From a bacterium (GTDB taxonomy: Bacteria; Hinthialibacterota; Hinthialibacteria; Hinthialibacterales; Hinthialibacteraceae): a DNA stretch of 64,000 bases. The translations under genes were made by a program, and so were the position numbers. The notes under the pieces were generated by a model, which was given only the letters and a program-made list of their open reading frames with translations, had not been told where the DNA came from and made no database searches. Shown here in pieces: positions 32,120-40,930 of this stretch. Positions within the stretch are counted from its first letter, which is position 1. Each line of letters starts with the position of its first letter. The stretch lies in NCBI GenBank assembly GCA_963663405.2, contig CAXXSM010000109.1:8632-72631 (forward strand), in the 5' to 3' direction.

Positions 32120-34252
32120 CTATTCCTCTACCACAAATTGACTGTCATCCACTTCCGGATTAATCACATAGGATTGAACTTTTGAGACTAACGTTTCTTT
32201 CCCATCTTGGTTAAGAATCATATGAAATGGGATTTTGACATCACTAACATCCCGGTAATCCGAATAGATCTCTTCACAATCCGCCGGCGCGCCCATTATA
32301 CTCATCCCCCGGTACTGAATCTTCGCAGGGATCATTGTTTCTGCGTTGAGATAGAGTTTGAAGGAACTACCATCATTCAGTCTAATATGCAGGACTTCGC
32401 AGGACTCCTCTCCGGCCTTTTCTTCACCGAGATATTGGATTTCAAAGTCAGTTTGATCGATCCGGCCAAAAAAGAAGGTTAAATTCCGGCGCAAATCCGC
32501 CTGCATTTCTTTCATGGTCTGCTCAGGAGCGGGCATGGAGCCGTTCGGAGTCACCAGCCACGCTTTATCCCCATTCAAAATCTGCAATATTTCACCCATC
32601 GGCAAGTTCATCACAACGCGCTCGCGATCAGGGGGAACAATGGTCGCCGTCGATTTCGCGGATAATGCGCCTTGAGGAGTCACAATATTCAATTCACTCT
32701 TGATCTGGGCGGATTGAATCACCTGAAACGCTTTCAAACCTCCACACGCTTCCACCGATTTGCTTAAGAATTCCTTTCCTTTAGCGACATCATCATCCGT
32801 GGCTTCAGGCAGTTCTTCTTCGACAACAGGGATAGTGATATCAATCTCATTCACTTCGCCAAGTTCTGAAAGCGGTCGGTCAAATAATTCTGGATTTCCC
32901 ACAGCCAGTATACGCAGCCGGTCAGGATGTAAATATTTTTTCGCCACGCGCAACACATCCTCTTTCGTCACCTTCTCCACATTCTCTTTGGTTTTCTGCA
33001 GGAAATCCTTGGGATAGCCATAGTACTCATACATCATCATCCGGTTAACGATTTCACCCTTCGTATCGAAATTGAAGACATAGGAATTAAGGTATTGATC
33101 CTTGGCCTGCGCCAATTCTTCATCCGTGACCAATTCCTTTGTCATCTTATCAATCTCAGCGATTAAAGCTTCTAAGGCTTTAACGGTGGAGTCCGCTTTC
33201 GTTTGGCTATAAACAAAAAACGTTCCTGGATACGCGAAATTGGAGCCATAACGCCCTCCCGCTGAGTACGCCAATCCCATCCGTGAGCGGATATTTTTAA
33301 AAATCCGGCTGGTAAACGCGCCCCCCAAAATATCACTCATCACTTCGAGCGCAAAGTAATCTGGATTATCCATCAATCCGCCAATGTGCCCCAAACGAAT
33401 GATAGTCTGATTGATATCCTCTTTTTTGATTAGGTTAACAGAGGAATCAAATTCATAGTTCACCACAGGAAGCGGTTTGCGTTCAAACCCGCTTTTTTTC
33501 CAATTGGCGAAAGCGCGTTCGATTGTTTCCTTCATTTCCCCCGCGTCAAAATCACCCCATACGCTGATCATGCAATTATCCGGGTGGAAAAACTCTTGGT
33601 GAAAATCGATCAGATCCTCCCGTGTGATCGCGTCAACATCCGCGTATTCAGAATGCCGCGCATAGGGACTGTCCGCCCCATAAATCAGCTTGGGGAATTC
33701 CCGCGAAGCGATCGAACTGGCTTGATCGTTGCGCCGGGCGATCACACTGCGCAGCTGCACTTTGGCCAAGTCGATCTTATCCTGCGGAAACGCGGGATGT
33801 GTCAACACATCAACTAAAATGGATAGACCTTGGTCAAGATGCTCTTTCAATACAGACATGGAGGCGGAACCGGATGTCAATCCAATGCCGGTTTCCACTG
33901 ATCCCGCGATCGATTCCAGCGCTTCATCCATCTCTTCACCGGACATCGTAAGAGAACCGCCGGTGCGCATCACTTCCCCCGTAATCGACGCCAGACCGAT
34001 TTTCCCTACAGGATCATCAATGGAACCTACACCAAAACGAGCGGAAAGATTAATTAAAGGCAATTCGTGATCTTCCAGCAGAAACAGAATAATTCCATCG
34101 CTCAATTCAATCCGTTCGACATCGGGGATTTGGATGTCATTCAGCCGTGGATAGGTGATATCTTTATAATATTTCTGAGCGGCGCTGGTTCCGGCGAACA
34201 GCAAACCGGAAACGCCAACGAGAAGAAAAAGAACTGTTTTTTGTATCTTCAT
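32120..34252 (-). CDS. M16 (insulinase/pitrilysin) family subunit without HXXEH, with C-terminal extension
   Basis: EDHELPLI, FHPDNCMISVWGDFD, IRSRMGLAYS; no HXXEH; about 230 extra C-terminal residues. Confidence 0.88.
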   Translation of the reverse strand: MKIQKTVLFLLVGVSGLLFAGTSAAQKYYKDITYPRLNDIQIPDVERIELSDGIILFLLEDHELPLINLSARFGVGSIDDPVGKIGLASITGEVMRTGGSLTMSGEEMDEALESIAGSVETGIGLTSGSASMSVLKEHLDQGLSILVDVLTHPAFPQDKIDLAKVQLRSVIARRNDQASSIASREFPKLIYGADSPYARHSEYADVDAITREDLIDFHQEFFHPDNCMISVWGDFDAGEMKETIERAFANWKKSGFERKPLPVVNYEFDSSVNLIKKEDINQTIIRLGHIGGLMDNPDYFALEVMSDILGGAFTSRIFKNIRSRMGLAYSAGGRYGSNFAYPGTFFVYSQTKADSTVKALEALIAEIDKMTKELVTDEELAQAKDQYLNSYVFNFDTKGEIVNRMMMYEYYGYPKDFLQKTKENVEKVTKEDVLRVAKKYLHPDRLRILAVGNPELFDRPLSELGEVNEIDITIPVVEEELPEATDDDVAKGKEFLSKSVEACGGLKAFQVIQSAQIKSELNIVTPQGALSAKSTATIVPPDRERVVMNLPMGEILQILNGDKAWLVTPNGSMPAPEQTMKEMQADLRRNLTFFFGRIDQTDFEIQYLGEEKAGEESCEVLHIRLNDGSSFKLYLNAETMIPAKIQYRGMSIMGAPADCEEIYSDYRDVSDVKIPFHMILNQDGKETLVSKVQSYVINPEVDDSQFVVEE

Positions 34253-34306
34253 GGTTTCTCCTTCACCAAATCATTTGAAATGGAATTCGTTTAAAATGAT
34301 GGATTT

Positions 34307-35812
34307 TTATTCTTCCGGAATCAGCAATCCGACGGTTTTGTTTTTATCGTTAAAATACGTATTGGCGACGCGCTTCACATCCTCGGCGGTGACGTTGTCG
34401 ATCTTCTCCAACTGCTTGAACAAATTCCGCCAATCCCCCGTGACCGCTTCATAGAATGGCAAAAGCTGGGCGAGTCCCATGTTGGAATCCAATTGCCGGA
34501 TCACGGAAGCCCGCGCGCGGGTACGCGCTTTTTCCAACTCCGCTTCGGTAATCAGTTCAGTTTTCAGTTTCTCAATCTCCGCGTACAACGCCTGCTCATT
34601 TTCTTCGTTCGTATGGTCTTTCGCGGGAACGGACAGGAAGATAAACAGGTTTGGATATTTACACATCGCTCCCGTAATCGTTAGGGCTTGCGTTTCAATC
34701 GCGATTTTTTGATCCCGCACAAGGTTTTTATACAATCGAGACGTGCGTCCTTCCCCCAGGATATCCGTGATCGCATCGAAGACGGCGTCATCTGGATGAT
34801 TGATACTGGGCCGGTGATATCCTAAAATCACAATGGGCTGCGATTTCGCGATTACACTGCAACGCCGTTCCCCCTGCTGTTCCGGTTCGACGGTTTCAAC
34901 CGGTTCCGGTTTCTCGCCTTTGGGCAGCCGCCCGAAGTAAGTTTCGGCCATTGATTGGACCTGTTCTGGATCGACATCCCCTGCGACCGCAATCGTCAGA
35001 TTGCTCGCCCGGTAGTATTTACTAAAAAAGGTTTCCGCTTCTTGCCGGGTGATCGTTCGGATATCGCTCATATACCCAACAACCGGATCCCCATAGGGAT
35101 GCGCTTTAAATGCTATAGCGAAGAAATCCTCAACCAACCTGGAAATCGGATTGTTTTCTCCCATCCTCCGCTCTTCCGTCACAACATCCCGTTCTTTATA
35201 AAATTCCCGCAGAACCGGATTGAGAAACCGGTCCGATTCCAGCGACATCCAAAGTTCAAGTTTATTTGAGGGAAGGCTATAGTAATACCGTGTGCGGTCC
35301 CATGCGGTGTCCGCGTTAAAACCGCTGACGCCCGCCCGTTCAATGATCTCTTCATATTCATCATGAACGATAAATTTCTCCGCTTCTTCCTGCGCTTCAT
35401 CGAACTGCTTTTGCAGCGCCTCTAAACGTTCCGCATCCGCGGCGTCTCCTTTACGGCGTTCTGCTTTCATTTCGAGAAACAGCTGGTCCATGGTTTCAAA
35501 TGCGGCTTTTTCCGCTTTGCAATCGGTTGTGCCGATCGAAGTTGTCCCTTTAAACGCCATGTGTTCAAAAAGATGGGCGATTCCCGTAATTCCATAACTC
35601 TCATCCACAGAACCGACATCAGCGTACGTCATAAACGAAACGACCGGCGCGTCGTGGCGCTCCACGACAATGAACGCCAATCCATTATCCAGCGTAAATT
35701 CCGTCACTTTCTTCTCAAATTCCGTCAAATCTTGGGAATAAACGCTCATTCCCAACAAAGACAGGACGCATGTAAATGCAAAGAGAATACCCCATTTTCT
35801 ATTTTGGATCAT
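34307..35812 (-). CDS. M16 zinc peptidase, catalytic subunit
   Basis: TGIAHLFEHMAFKGT (HXXEH), ERDVVTEERR, HPYG, GRTSRLY. Confidence 0.93.
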   Translation of the reverse strand: MIQNRKWGILFAFTCVLSLLGMSVYSQDLTEFEKKVTEFTLDNGLAFIVVERHDAPVVSFMTYADVGSVDESYGITGIAHLFEHMAFKGTTSIGTTDCKAEKAAFETMDQLFLEMKAERRKGDAADAERLEALQKQFDEAQEEAEKFIVHDEYEEIIERAGVSGFNADTAWDRTRYYYSLPSNKLELWMSLESDRFLNPVLREFYKERDVVTEERRMGENNPISRLVEDFFAIAFKAHPYGDPVVGYMSDIRTITRQEAETFFSKYYRASNLTIAVAGDVDPEQVQSMAETYFGRLPKGEKPEPVETVEPEQQGERRCSVIAKSQPIVILGYHRPSINHPDDAVFDAITDILGEGRTSRLYKNLVRDQKIAIETQALTITGAMCKYPNLFIFLSVPAKDHTNEENEQALYAEIEKLKTELITEAELEKARTRARASVIRQLDSNMGLAQLLPFYEAVTGDWRNLFKQLEKIDNVTAEDVKRVANTYFNDKNKTVGLLIPEE

Positions 35813-35975
35813 AGTAAACGGCTCCTTTAACCATCGATTTCAAACAAGCAATTGGTATCTTAGATGAATGTGATTTCTGGATCAATCGGGGGAGATATTA
35901 GAGGCAGGCAGTCAATACATAAAAAATGTACGGCAGTATATAAATATTATGTAAAGAAAAGTAAAATCAACCGAA

Positions 35976-36296
35976 CTAGGCTGATACCTGCTTTAATACT
36001 TCATCAGAAATGGGAACGATTCGTTGATCTATCTGCTCTCCAATTGAGGATTTTGCGACTTTCAGGTCATATCGTTGTTGTAAATTAAGCCAGAGTTCCG
36101 GCCCGGTTTTAAAAAAACGGCCTAGACGCAACGCCATATCCGCCGTAATTCGTTGTGTATTATTGACAATAGCATTAACTCGCGCTGTTGACACATCCAA
36201 CTCGCACGCTAGTTTATTCTGACTCAAACCCAGTGGTTCCATAAATTCAGTTAAAAGAATACTCCCTGGGGTTACAGGCTCCAACTTTCTAGCCAT
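35976..36296 (-). CDS. higA: HigA antitoxin (HTH)
   Basis: PGSILLTEFMEPLGLSQNKLA...ITADMALRLGRFF..PELWLNLQ. Confidence 0.93.
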   Translation of the reverse strand: MARKLEPVTPGSILLTEFMEPLGLSQNKLACELDVSTARVNAIVNNTQRITADMALRLGRFFKTGPELWLNLQQRYDLKVAKSSIGEQIDQRIVPISDEVLKQVSA

Positions 36297-36309
36297 AATT
36301 CATCGCCTT

Positions 36310-36588
36310 TCAGTGGTAATCACAAATCTCCACATCAAACGCGTCATGGTCTTTCCATGTAAAACAGATTCTCCATTGATCGTTGATACGTATACTACAT
36401 TGCCCTTTTCGAGAACCCTTCAGGTTCTCAAGCCGGTTGCCAGGTATTGCACGAAGCACATCTAGACTGGTTGAGGCATTAAGTAATTCCAATTTTTTTC
36501 TAGCTGGTACAGCGATAGATCGAAAACGTTTTACATCTTCGTCGTCGAATAATCGCTCTGTCTCTTTGCACTTAAAGGTCTTAATCAT
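36310..36588 (-). CDS. higB: HigB toxin (RelE-like, plasmid maintenance killer)
   Basis: MIKTFKCKETERLF...PGNRLENLKG..GQCSIRINDQWRICF..DVEICDYH. Confidence 0.94.
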   Translation of the reverse strand: MIKTFKCKETERLFDDEDVKRFRSIAVPARKKLELLNASTSLDVLRAIPGNRLENLKGSRKGQCSIRINDQWRICFTWKDHDAFDVEICDYH

Positions 36589-36591
36589 AGT

Positions 36592-36626
36592 TTATATCGT
36601 TTTCATAAATTACGCAAACGATATAA
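36592..36626. promoter_or_regulatory. Inverted repeat upstream of higB (HigA operator candidate)
   Basis: ttatatcgttt (36592-36602) / aaacgatataa (36616-36626). Confidence 0.6.
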
Positions 36627-36700
36627 CATTTTGATGAGATATGTAAGGAGAAAAACAAGGGATTATAGTTGAACACTAATAACACAGATCAATTTCTAAA

Positions 36701-38161
36701 TCATTCATCCCCAATAATCTCCCGCAGTTTAGGAATCATCTCTTCACGGGGAATGGTTTGTTGGCCGGTTTTCCCGGATTTTCTGTATTCATCCCGATCG
36801 CTGATATCCGCCCGTTTCTCTTTGCCAGCGACCAAATCTTTGATTGAGATCTGATTGGATTCCAGTTCGTCGGAACCTACGATAATCGCGGCGGGGATAT
36901 TCTTGTGATTGGCGTAGGCTAATTGATCGCTCATCTTGGCTTTCCGTTTGCCAAGATAGATCTCCGCTGAAATGTTGTTATCCCGCAATTCACGCGCGAT
37001 TTTCAGCAATTCGGTCATGGGCACGCCTCGCATTGTGATGATTAAGACTTTCGTCGTCGTCGGCTCTGTATCGATTTTCCCGATGGCATTTAATCCCGCC
37101 AACAACCGGTCAAGGCCGATGGAGACACCCGTCGCGGGGATTGGGTCAGGCATGAATCGTTCAACCAAGTGATCGTACCGTCCACCACCCATGATGGAAC
37201 CGACCTGTGGCGCTCCGGGAAGAATCGTCTCGTACACCGGGCCTGTATAATAATCAAGACCGCGGGCGAGGCTGGGCAAGAAAACCACTTCGTCTTCTCC
37301 CACGCCAAGGCTGTCCAATGCGGCGGCCAGTTCTTTCATTTCATCAATTGCGGTATGTGTGCATTCCGCGTCAGGCAAGACCTTACCAACCGTTTCCAAA
37401 ACCGACGCCCGAGTTTCTGAAGAAATGGCGATAAATTCGAGGATTTTATCGATTGTGCCGCTTTCCAGCCCCACTCCACGAATCGGATCACCCGATTCAT
37501 CAACACGGCCTTCGCCTAATTCCTTCCGAATGTTGTCTAAGCCAACTTTGTCCAGTTTATCGACGACGCGCAGAACATGCTTTCTCGTCTCTTCACCATC
37601 GATATTGGATGCGATCAAGAGCGCGTCCATTAACCCGCGGCTGTTTACACGAATCTGATATTCACCATCGCTCAATCCCAAGTCACGCAGGACATCACAC
37701 ATGGCCGCAATGATTTCAGCGTCGATCACAACCGATTTGGATCCCGCCGCGTCGATATCAAATTGCGTAAACTGGCGGAACCGGCCGGGACCGGGTTTAT
37801 CCGCGCGGAACACGGGTCCAATGTGATAGCGCCGGAAAGGCAATTTCACCGTATCGGGATACTGCGCCAAAATACGCGCGAAGGGAACGGTCAGATCGAA
37901 ACGCATGCCAATCGGTTCCCGTTCCGGGCTTTCCAGCCGGAAAATCTCTTTATTGATCTCCTCGCCACCGGTTCCAATTAACGTGACGAGGTATTCAAGA
38001 ATCGGCGTATCGATCGGCACGAAACCGTATCGCTCGTACACATTGCGTATCACCTCAATGACGCGATTGCGGGCGATCATCTCCTCCGGAAGATAATCAC
38101 AGAATCCTTTTAAAGTTTGAGGTTGAACGAATCCCTTTGCTTGTTCCGGACTTTGAGTCAT
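36701..38161 (-). CDS. hisS: Histidyl-tRNA synthetase (non-canonical, alphaproteobacterial-like type)
   Basis: RFDLTVPFAR, motif 2 FRADKPGPGRFRQFTQFDID, LARGLDYYTG, GGGRYD, GVSIGLDRL. Confidence 0.96.
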   Translation of the reverse strand: MTQSPEQAKGFVQPQTLKGFCDYLPEEMIARNRVIEVIRNVYERYGFVPIDTPILEYLVTLIGTGGEEINKEIFRLESPEREPIGMRFDLTVPFARILAQYPDTVKLPFRRYHIGPVFRADKPGPGRFRQFTQFDIDAAGSKSVVIDAEIIAAMCDVLRDLGLSDGEYQIRVNSRGLMDALLIASNIDGEETRKHVLRVVDKLDKVGLDNIRKELGEGRVDESGDPIRGVGLESGTIDKILEFIAISSETRASVLETVGKVLPDAECTHTAIDEMKELAAALDSLGVGEDEVVFLPSLARGLDYYTGPVYETILPGAPQVGSIMGGGRYDHLVERFMPDPIPATGVSIGLDRLLAGLNAIGKIDTEPTTTKVLIITMRGVPMTELLKIARELRDNNISAEIYLGKRKAKMSDQLAYANHKNIPAAIIVGSDELESNQISIKDLVAGKEKRADISDRDEYRKSGKTGQQTIPREEMIPKLREIIGDE

Positions 38162-38228
38162 GAAAAGCGTCCTCCTGCGCTGTTTTCTCTAATAAAACTG
38201 CTGTTACATTAATTCACTGATAGAGTTT

Positions 38229-38373
38229 TTTGTCTGAATCAGGATGGCCAAGATTTAAAGGATGGCCAGGATAATTTGCACTTTATTGAGGGATATTTCA
38301 TGAAAATGAGAGTCACTATAATGATTCCTATCCTGCGAATCCTAATCATCCTGGGTATCCAGATTCAGACAAA
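38229..38373. repeat. MITE-like element with terminal inverted repeats and 9-nt periodic ggat units
   Basis: tttgtctgaatcaggat... at the left end and ...atccagattcagacaaa at the right end; four ggat/agat or atcc units per arm at 9-nt period. Confidence 0.7.
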
Positions 38374-38520
38374 GATATCTCTCTTGTTTCATCTGTAATA
38401 TACTATTTCCGTACGTATTCGCGTAACCTCAATTATAATAATGCCGTCCGTGTCAATCGCGAGAACCAACCCGAATGGGTGATTCCTTTATCTTAATCGT
38501 ACAAACGGTAAATGGAAAAA

Positions 38521-38598
38521 TGGTACCGGGAACGGGACTTGAACCCATGACCTCCTGATCCACAGTCAGGCGCTCTAAACCAACTGAGCTATCCCGGC
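38521..38598 (-). tRNA. tRNA-His(GUG), copy 2 (no G-1; A73)
   Basis: GCCGGGA TA GCTC AGTTGGTTTA GAGC G CCTGA CT-GTG-GA TCAGG AGGTC ATGGG TTCAAGT CCCGT TCCCGGT A CCA. Confidence 0.96.
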
Positions 38599-38628
38599 TC
38601 GTTATGTTCGAAGACGTTAAAAGAGGAA

Positions 38629-38706
38629 TGGTACCGGGAACGGGACTTGAACCCATGACCTCCTGATCCACAGTCAGGCGCTCTAAACCAACTGAGCTAT
38701 CCCGGC
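38629..38706 (-). tRNA. tRNA-His(GUG), copy 1 (no G-1; A73)
   Basis: Identical 78-nt cloverleaf, separated from copy 2 by 30 nt. Confidence 0.96.
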
Positions 38707-38723
38707 ACATTGACTATCTATTC

Positions 38724-38752
38724 ATAATACGCCAGCCACAAGCAACTGGCAA
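38724..38752 (-). promoter_or_regulatory. Sigma70 promoter for the tRNA-His pair
   Basis: TTGCCA-17 nt-TATTAT on the minus strand, 17 nt upstream of tRNA copy 1. Confidence 0.7.
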
Positions 38753-38780
38753 GACGAAACTCGTAACTCTCACTGATCTT

Positions 38781-39587
38781 CTAATCAATAATCCAATCGA
38801 TTCGATTAATATCATACAAACGCTGAGAACATTTCCACCATTCCTTAACAATAGAAACCTTCTCTTCTTTGGATAGGTTTGAAACGCTTAACCTTTGCGA
38901 ATACCACGTCTTTTTTTCAAATTTTTTCTTAGTAAGACGATTCACAATAGGAATCAAAGACAAATCGCCTTCCTCTACTTTCACAATCAAGCTAGGCAAT
39001 ATACAAATGCCCAGGTTTTGCATTTTTTTTATTACCGTTTCATCTTTCTTGCTTTTATATTCTTCATAAAAAAAATTAAATAGTTGAATATCTTCTAAAT
39101 ATCCATGTTCCCACCAATCAATTTGACTTTGCGCCCTGCCATTCCCATTACTATAGTATTCATCCGAAAATACCTTTTGTGACATACTTTCACAAACGAT
39201 TGTGTACAATACCATCTTGCTTGGAGGAAATTGAATTATAAACTGGTTTGAAGTAATCTCACCCTTTTTCAATTCAACTTTAAGCATTTCAATGATGTAT
39301 GGAATGATCTGTACTCCACAATCAACCATACGCTTATAACTGTCCAATCCATGTAGATATGGATAGTAGTCCGAATAGGGATGGTCTTCCTCTACTTCAT
39401 CGACATCCTTAACCCAGGCTTCAACGAGAGATTTAACATTTTCTTTTGTTTGAAGGACGTCTTTACATTCATTACTCGTTTCTAAAACATTTGTACGAGT
39501 ATCATCGTCAAGTTTCTCTCCCGTATTGCAACCCAATACGAATACAGAAAGACAAATGAAAATGAATATAAAATTTATGTTATTCAT
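38781..39587 (-). CDS. AT-rich hypothetical lipoprotein
   Basis: MNNINFIFIFICLSVFVLG-C lipobox; start overlaps the hisG stop; about 30% GC. Confidence 0.7.
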   Translation of the reverse strand: MNNINFIFIFICLSVFVLGCNTGEKLDDDTRTNVLETSNECKDVLQTKENVKSLVEAWVKDVDEVEEDHPYSDYYPYLHGLDSYKRMVDCGVQIIPYIIEMLKVELKKGEITSNQFIIQFPPSKMVLYTIVCESMSQKVFSDEYYSNGNGRAQSQIDWWEHGYLEDIQLFNFFYEEYKSKKDETVIKKMQNLGICILPSLIVKVEEGDLSLIPIVNRLTKKKFEKKTWYSQRLSVSNLSKEEKVSIVKEWWKCSQRLYDINRIDWIID

Positions 39588-40473
39588 ACAGCATCTCAAC
39601 CGCCGCCACCGAAATTTTCTTCGCATGATTCCGAATTAGAATCGGAATGATATCTTTAATCGACGAACGGTCCGCGATGGCTTCGAATAGAAACTCCCCA
39701 TTATTATCCGGACAGACGGTGTATTGCGCCGCGTTGGATTTCAATGTCTCGATCAATGCGTCTATGTTGTCTTTGCCGGCGGAGAAGCGAATACTGTCTT
39801 TTCCCTCCGCTTTCAAACAACTAGCCAGCAGGAGAGAAATATCATTCATCTTCCGCCGCTTCCATTCATCTTCCATATAAACAGGCTTGTTCGCAAAAAA
39901 GCGCGTGGTCGATTCGGTCACGGTTTCTACGATTCGCAGTTTATTCGCCTTTAATGAAGATCCTGTCTCTGTACATTCAACGATCGCATCGGCGAAAAAG
40001 GGCGCTTTTGCTTCCGTCGCTCCCCAGGAGAACATCACATCAGCGATGATCCCCTTCTTCGAAAGCCAATCTTCTGTCACCGCGCGCAATTCCGTTGAGA
40101 TCCGCACGGGTTGTTTCACGTTTTTCAGGTCCTGCACTTCATAGACTGGAGAATCTTCCGGCACCGCCAATACCCAGCGCACCGGCCGGAAACTGCGCTT
40201 CGAATAACATAAATCCGTCAACAGTTTAATTTCTCCATCGCACCGGTTTTCAAGAATCCAATCCCATCCGGCGAGACCGCAATCAAGGTTTCCTTTCGCG
40301 ACGTAATTCGGGATTTCCTGCGGGCGCAGCAACACGGGTTTCAATTCCGCGTCATTGGAATCAAGCCAGAGCGAACGCTCCGAACCCCATAACTTAATCC
40401 CCGCTTTCGCAAAAAGCGCAATCGTGGATTGTTCGAGACTTCCCTTCGGAATCCCAATTAACAACTGTTTCAT
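39580..40473 (-). CDS. hisG: ATP phosphoribosyltransferase, long form
   Basis: IGIPKGSL, LLRPQEIP, DCGLAGWDW, FSWGATEAK, DAIVECTETGSSLKANKL. Confidence 0.93.
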   Translation of the reverse strand: MKQLLIGIPKGSLEQSTIALFAKAGIKLWGSERSLWLDSNDAELKPVLLRPQEIPNYVAKGNLDCGLAGWDWILENRCDGEIKLLTDLCYSKRSFRPVRWVLAVPEDSPVYEVQDLKNVKQPVRISTELRAVTEDWLSKKGIIADVMFSWGATEAKAPFFADAIVECTETGSSLKANKLRIVETVTESTTRFFANKPVYMEDEWKRRKMNDISLLLASCLKAEGKDSIRFSAGKDNIDALIETLKSNAAQYTVCPDNNGEFLFEAIADRSSIKDIIPILIRNHAKKISVAAVEMLYE

Positions 40474-40930
40474 GTTTCTCTTTAACCTATTATTAAGCGG
40501 AAATCAATTTTGAAGTGTACCGTCAAGGCGCCGCTTTGACTGTTCCCCGGTCAATGCGCTTAACGGCGGGGAAAAACCGTGGAATTAAACATAAATCCAA
40601 ACGCTTAAACTTTCTTCAATCCCAATGCCACTTCCTAGAAAACAAATCAGGGCAATATACGTAATACTATATATATGAACCAATTATCCAAAATCTAGTA
40701 TTATCCACAAAACGTCTCCGAATCACAAAATAAGCCGCATTTCGCGTTCTAAACATTTGTGTGATTAGTATACATAGTTCGAGTAACAACCGCAAGTCCT
40801 TGTAAAAACAAGCATATTCAGACAAAACAGACCTTGGCGCAACGCTGTGATGAGCCTATAGCGGAACGGAAGATAAGTCTATAATCTAAGCCCTGTTATC
40901 ATTAACTCCAATATAAAGAAAGAGCCTGTC

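Noticed and set aside
38521-38706. Direct repeat with a 30-nt spacer as a mini-CRISPR or as attL/attR
   Set aside because: The repeats are full 78-nt tRNAs; there are no cas or integrase genes in the window.
38453-38710. 85-aa ORF with a duplicated peptide (RDSSVGLERLTVDQEV...)
   Set aside because: It is the translation of the two tandem tRNA-His genes.
40474-40930. His leader peptide or attenuator upstream of hisG
   Set aside because: No run of His codons seen; only short hairpins.
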